Shown: positions 62,423 to 64,000 of the stretch, piece by piece
Layout: each line of letters begins with the position of its first letter
Position numbering within the stretch: position 1 is the stretch's first letter
From: Cytophagales bacterium
GTDB taxonomy: Bacteria; Bacteroidota; Bacteroidia; Cytophagales; 172606-1
Assembly (NCBI GenBank): GCA_030448185.1
Contig: JAUJNL010000002.1
Span: forward strand, 26,925-90,924
Direction: 5' to 3'
Length of the DNA: 64,000 nucleotides
Position numbers and translations under genes: made by a program
Notes under the pieces: model-generated
What the model saw: the letters and a program-made list of their open reading frames with translations, nothing else
What the model was told of the DNA's origin: nothing
The model's database searches: none

Positions 62423-62857
62423 ATGATAACAAAAATGACGGTAACAAACATTCACGTTATAGACCAAAACAGAGCCTATGACTTCTATGTAAACAAATTA
62501 GGGTTCAAACTTGTGGATGATATTCCAATGGGACCAGATACACGATGGTTGACAGTTTCACCACCAGACCAGCCTGACCTACAGCTTGTATTATTCCCAG
62601 TTACTGTAAGCAAAATGTTCCCAAAAGAAATTGCCGAAACTTTAATCGACTTAATCAAAAAGGGAATATTTGGATGTGGTGTATTAACCTGTAAAGACAT
62701 TCTTGCCACTTACGAAGAACTAAAAGCAAAAGGTGTAGAATTTATAAAACCACCTACAAAAGAATTTTATGGTACTGAAGCACTATTCAAAGATGATTCG
62801 GGAAACTATTTTTCATTGCAATCTATAAACAACTTTGGCAATGAAAACAATATTTGA
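62423..62857 (+). CDS. VOC-family (glyoxalase/bleomycin-resistance fold) protein
   Basis: 144 aa, intact. IHVIDQNRAYDFYVNKLGFKLVDD...GVEFIKPPTKEFYGTEALFKDDSGNYFSL. Confidence 0.8.
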   Translation: MITKMTVTNIHVIDQNRAYDFYVNKLGFKLVDDIPMGPDTRWLTVSPPDQPDLQLVLFPVTVSKMFPKEIAETLIDLIKKGIFGCGVLTCKDILATYEELKAKGVEFIKPPTKEFYGTEALFKDDSGNYFSLQSINNFGNENNI

Positions 62858-63294
62858 CACTTCGACAAGAGATGAATTATTACAGAGAATTAACTCACTC
62901 AATGAAGAATGCAAACCTATTTGGGGCAAAATGAATGTTTATCAAATGACCAAACACTGCACTATTTGGAACCAGTGGGTTTTGGGCAAAAAAGATTGTA
63001 TTTACAAACAAGATTTTCTTGGAAAAATATTTGGCAAAATGGCATTAAAGAGTAATACAAAGGACGACAAGCCTATAAGCAAAAATATGCCAGCAGGAAA
63101 AGCATTTTCTGTGAAAAGAAAAGGAAGGCGATTTAAAATCTCAAATGTCAATTTGGACTGAGCAAATTAAATCCTATGAAAACTTTTCAAATGATAATTT
63201 CATTCATGACTTTTTTGGTAAAATGACAATTGACCAAATTGGAATTTTTGCATATAAGCATAATGACCACCATTTAAGACAATTTAATGTGTGA
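62841..63294 (+). CDS. DinB-like/DUF1569-like protein, one frame break in an A-run
   Basis: MKTIFDTSTRDELLQRINSLNEECKPIWGKMNVYQMTKHCTIWNQWVLG... then ...EGDLKSQMSIWTEQIKSYENFSNDNFIHDFFGKMTIDQIGIFAYKHNDHHLRQFNV-stop (63294). Confidence 0.55.
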
Positions 63295-63575
63295 AAAAAC
63301 AACGAACGGGCAAACAGACTGCCTACCAGAAGATTATTAACCAATTCTCGTCCTCCCAAATCCGCCTGGTGGCAATCCCGGCAGCCGTGGACTATGTACA
63401 AATGTGCCCCCAATGGGCAATAGAAACTGAGTCAGTAGGAATACTTATGGCAGATACCGCCGTCGGATATACTTTGTTAAGCCTTTGCTTGATTTGCCAG
63501 TAGGCATAGCCGTATACTGCCAATCCCAACAGAAAGAGGGACAGCAGGCTGTAGCCTAACCATTTACCCACTTTT
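63295..63575 (-). pseudogene. 5' fragment of a membrane-anchored c-type cytochrome gene, cut off at the border of the AT-rich segment
   Basis: The minus strand reads (V)GKWLGYSLLSLFLLGLAVYGYAYW...PTDSVSIA, then after a G-run frame break GAHLYIVHGCRDCHQADLGGRELVNNLLVGSLFA (CxxCH heme motif). Protein-like sequence stops where GC drops at about 63295. Confidence 0.4.
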
Positions 63576-64000
63576 TTAAGCGTTTTCGTGTAGTGTCAGT
63601 TGAGTTTCAGGTTGTGTACTGTGTTTTTCTTCGGAACAGTTACTTCAGAAATTAAGAAGGGGACATTAGGGTAGTATGCAACTGCTCTGGTTATTTGAAC
63701 ATGGGTTCTTGCAGAAAGCCGGACGCCTGTGGCAGGTAGGTTTGGCTATATCCCAGTAGCAGAAATAGTGCCATGGGTTACGGAGAAACAAAGCGTCTTT
63801 TTTCCATTGCCCCGAGTTAGCCAGTCCGTAGCCAATCCGAATTGATTTTTCCAGACCCAGGCCGGTGTAGCCCGCACCCGGATGGTTATCTTTGTGCCCG
63901 TATCATTGCGGAAAAAAGTGCAGCTTATCCGGCAGCACAGTAGCTGTTTGCCCTTCCGATAAGGTAATATTCTTGCCGTCTAACCCCACCGTAAGCTGGC

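Noticed and set aside
63600-64000. Possible partial gene on the minus strand at the right edge
   Set aside because: Several frames look weakly protein-like (for example ...LTVGLDGKNITLSEGQTATVLPDKLHFF...), but stops or frame breaks interrupt each, and I recognise no family. This is not enough to call a feature.
1-64000. tRNA, rRNA, tmRNA and riboswitch genes
   Set aside because: I found no cloverleaf-like GTTCRAATC T-arm contexts, no rRNA-like conserved blocks and no familiar riboswitch cores in the intergenic regions. This is a by-eye scan only, so small RNAs could be missed.

Overview
64-kb chromosomal window, most likely from a Bacteroidota (Cytophagales-like) genome. The taxon call is an inference from a T9SS-type C-terminal sorting domain, DUF4494, class I FbaB, an mreBCD-mrdA cluster, roughly 50% GC by eye, and many palindromic intergenic repeats.

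Three parts:
1. 1-10396: the 5' 10.4 kb of a giant minus-strand surface protein built from about 30 tandem Ig-like (Big_5/SbsA-type) domains. It contains long near-identical internal DNA repeats.
2. 10.5-54.1 kb: ordinary core genes. These are an ECF sigma factor, sodC, thpR, an aldo-keto reductase, mrdA-mreD-mreC-mreB, purH, purN, uvsE, a fused response regulator/thioredoxin reductase, lepB, an MBL hydrolase, an OMP + CotH/LTD/T9SS protein, GHL10, a MoxR/RavA-like ATPase, DedA, an M14 peptidase, a GAF histidine kinase, an arginase-family enzyme, a radical SAM protein, a GH10 xylanase, accD, fbaB and DUF4494. They are interspersed with at least three families of structured extragenic repeats.
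3. 54.1-63.3 kb: a visibly AT-richer accessory segment.

The accessory segment is the most interesting part. It is a one-directional string of unrelated small genes separated by eight 85-170 nt structured elements. The elements share a GGCTAACAC-type left box and a GTT-containing right box, which is attC-like R''/R' logic. No integrase is present, so it resembles a CALIN-like cassette array. One element carries an ORF-less group II intron with a textbook domain V and domain VI. One cassette gene is split by a 171-bp MITE with 16-bp terminal inverted repeats and a 5-bp target duplication. The right end of the segment abuts a truncated cytochrome c gene.

Caveat: many genes, including essential ones (mreB, accD, purH, mrdA, lepB), are frame-broken, and the breaks cluster in blocks. 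Every break I resolved by hand except three sits at a homopolymer run. I therefore treat most breaks as sequence-quality artefacts rather than pseudogenes. No rRNA, tRNA or CRISPR array was recognised.
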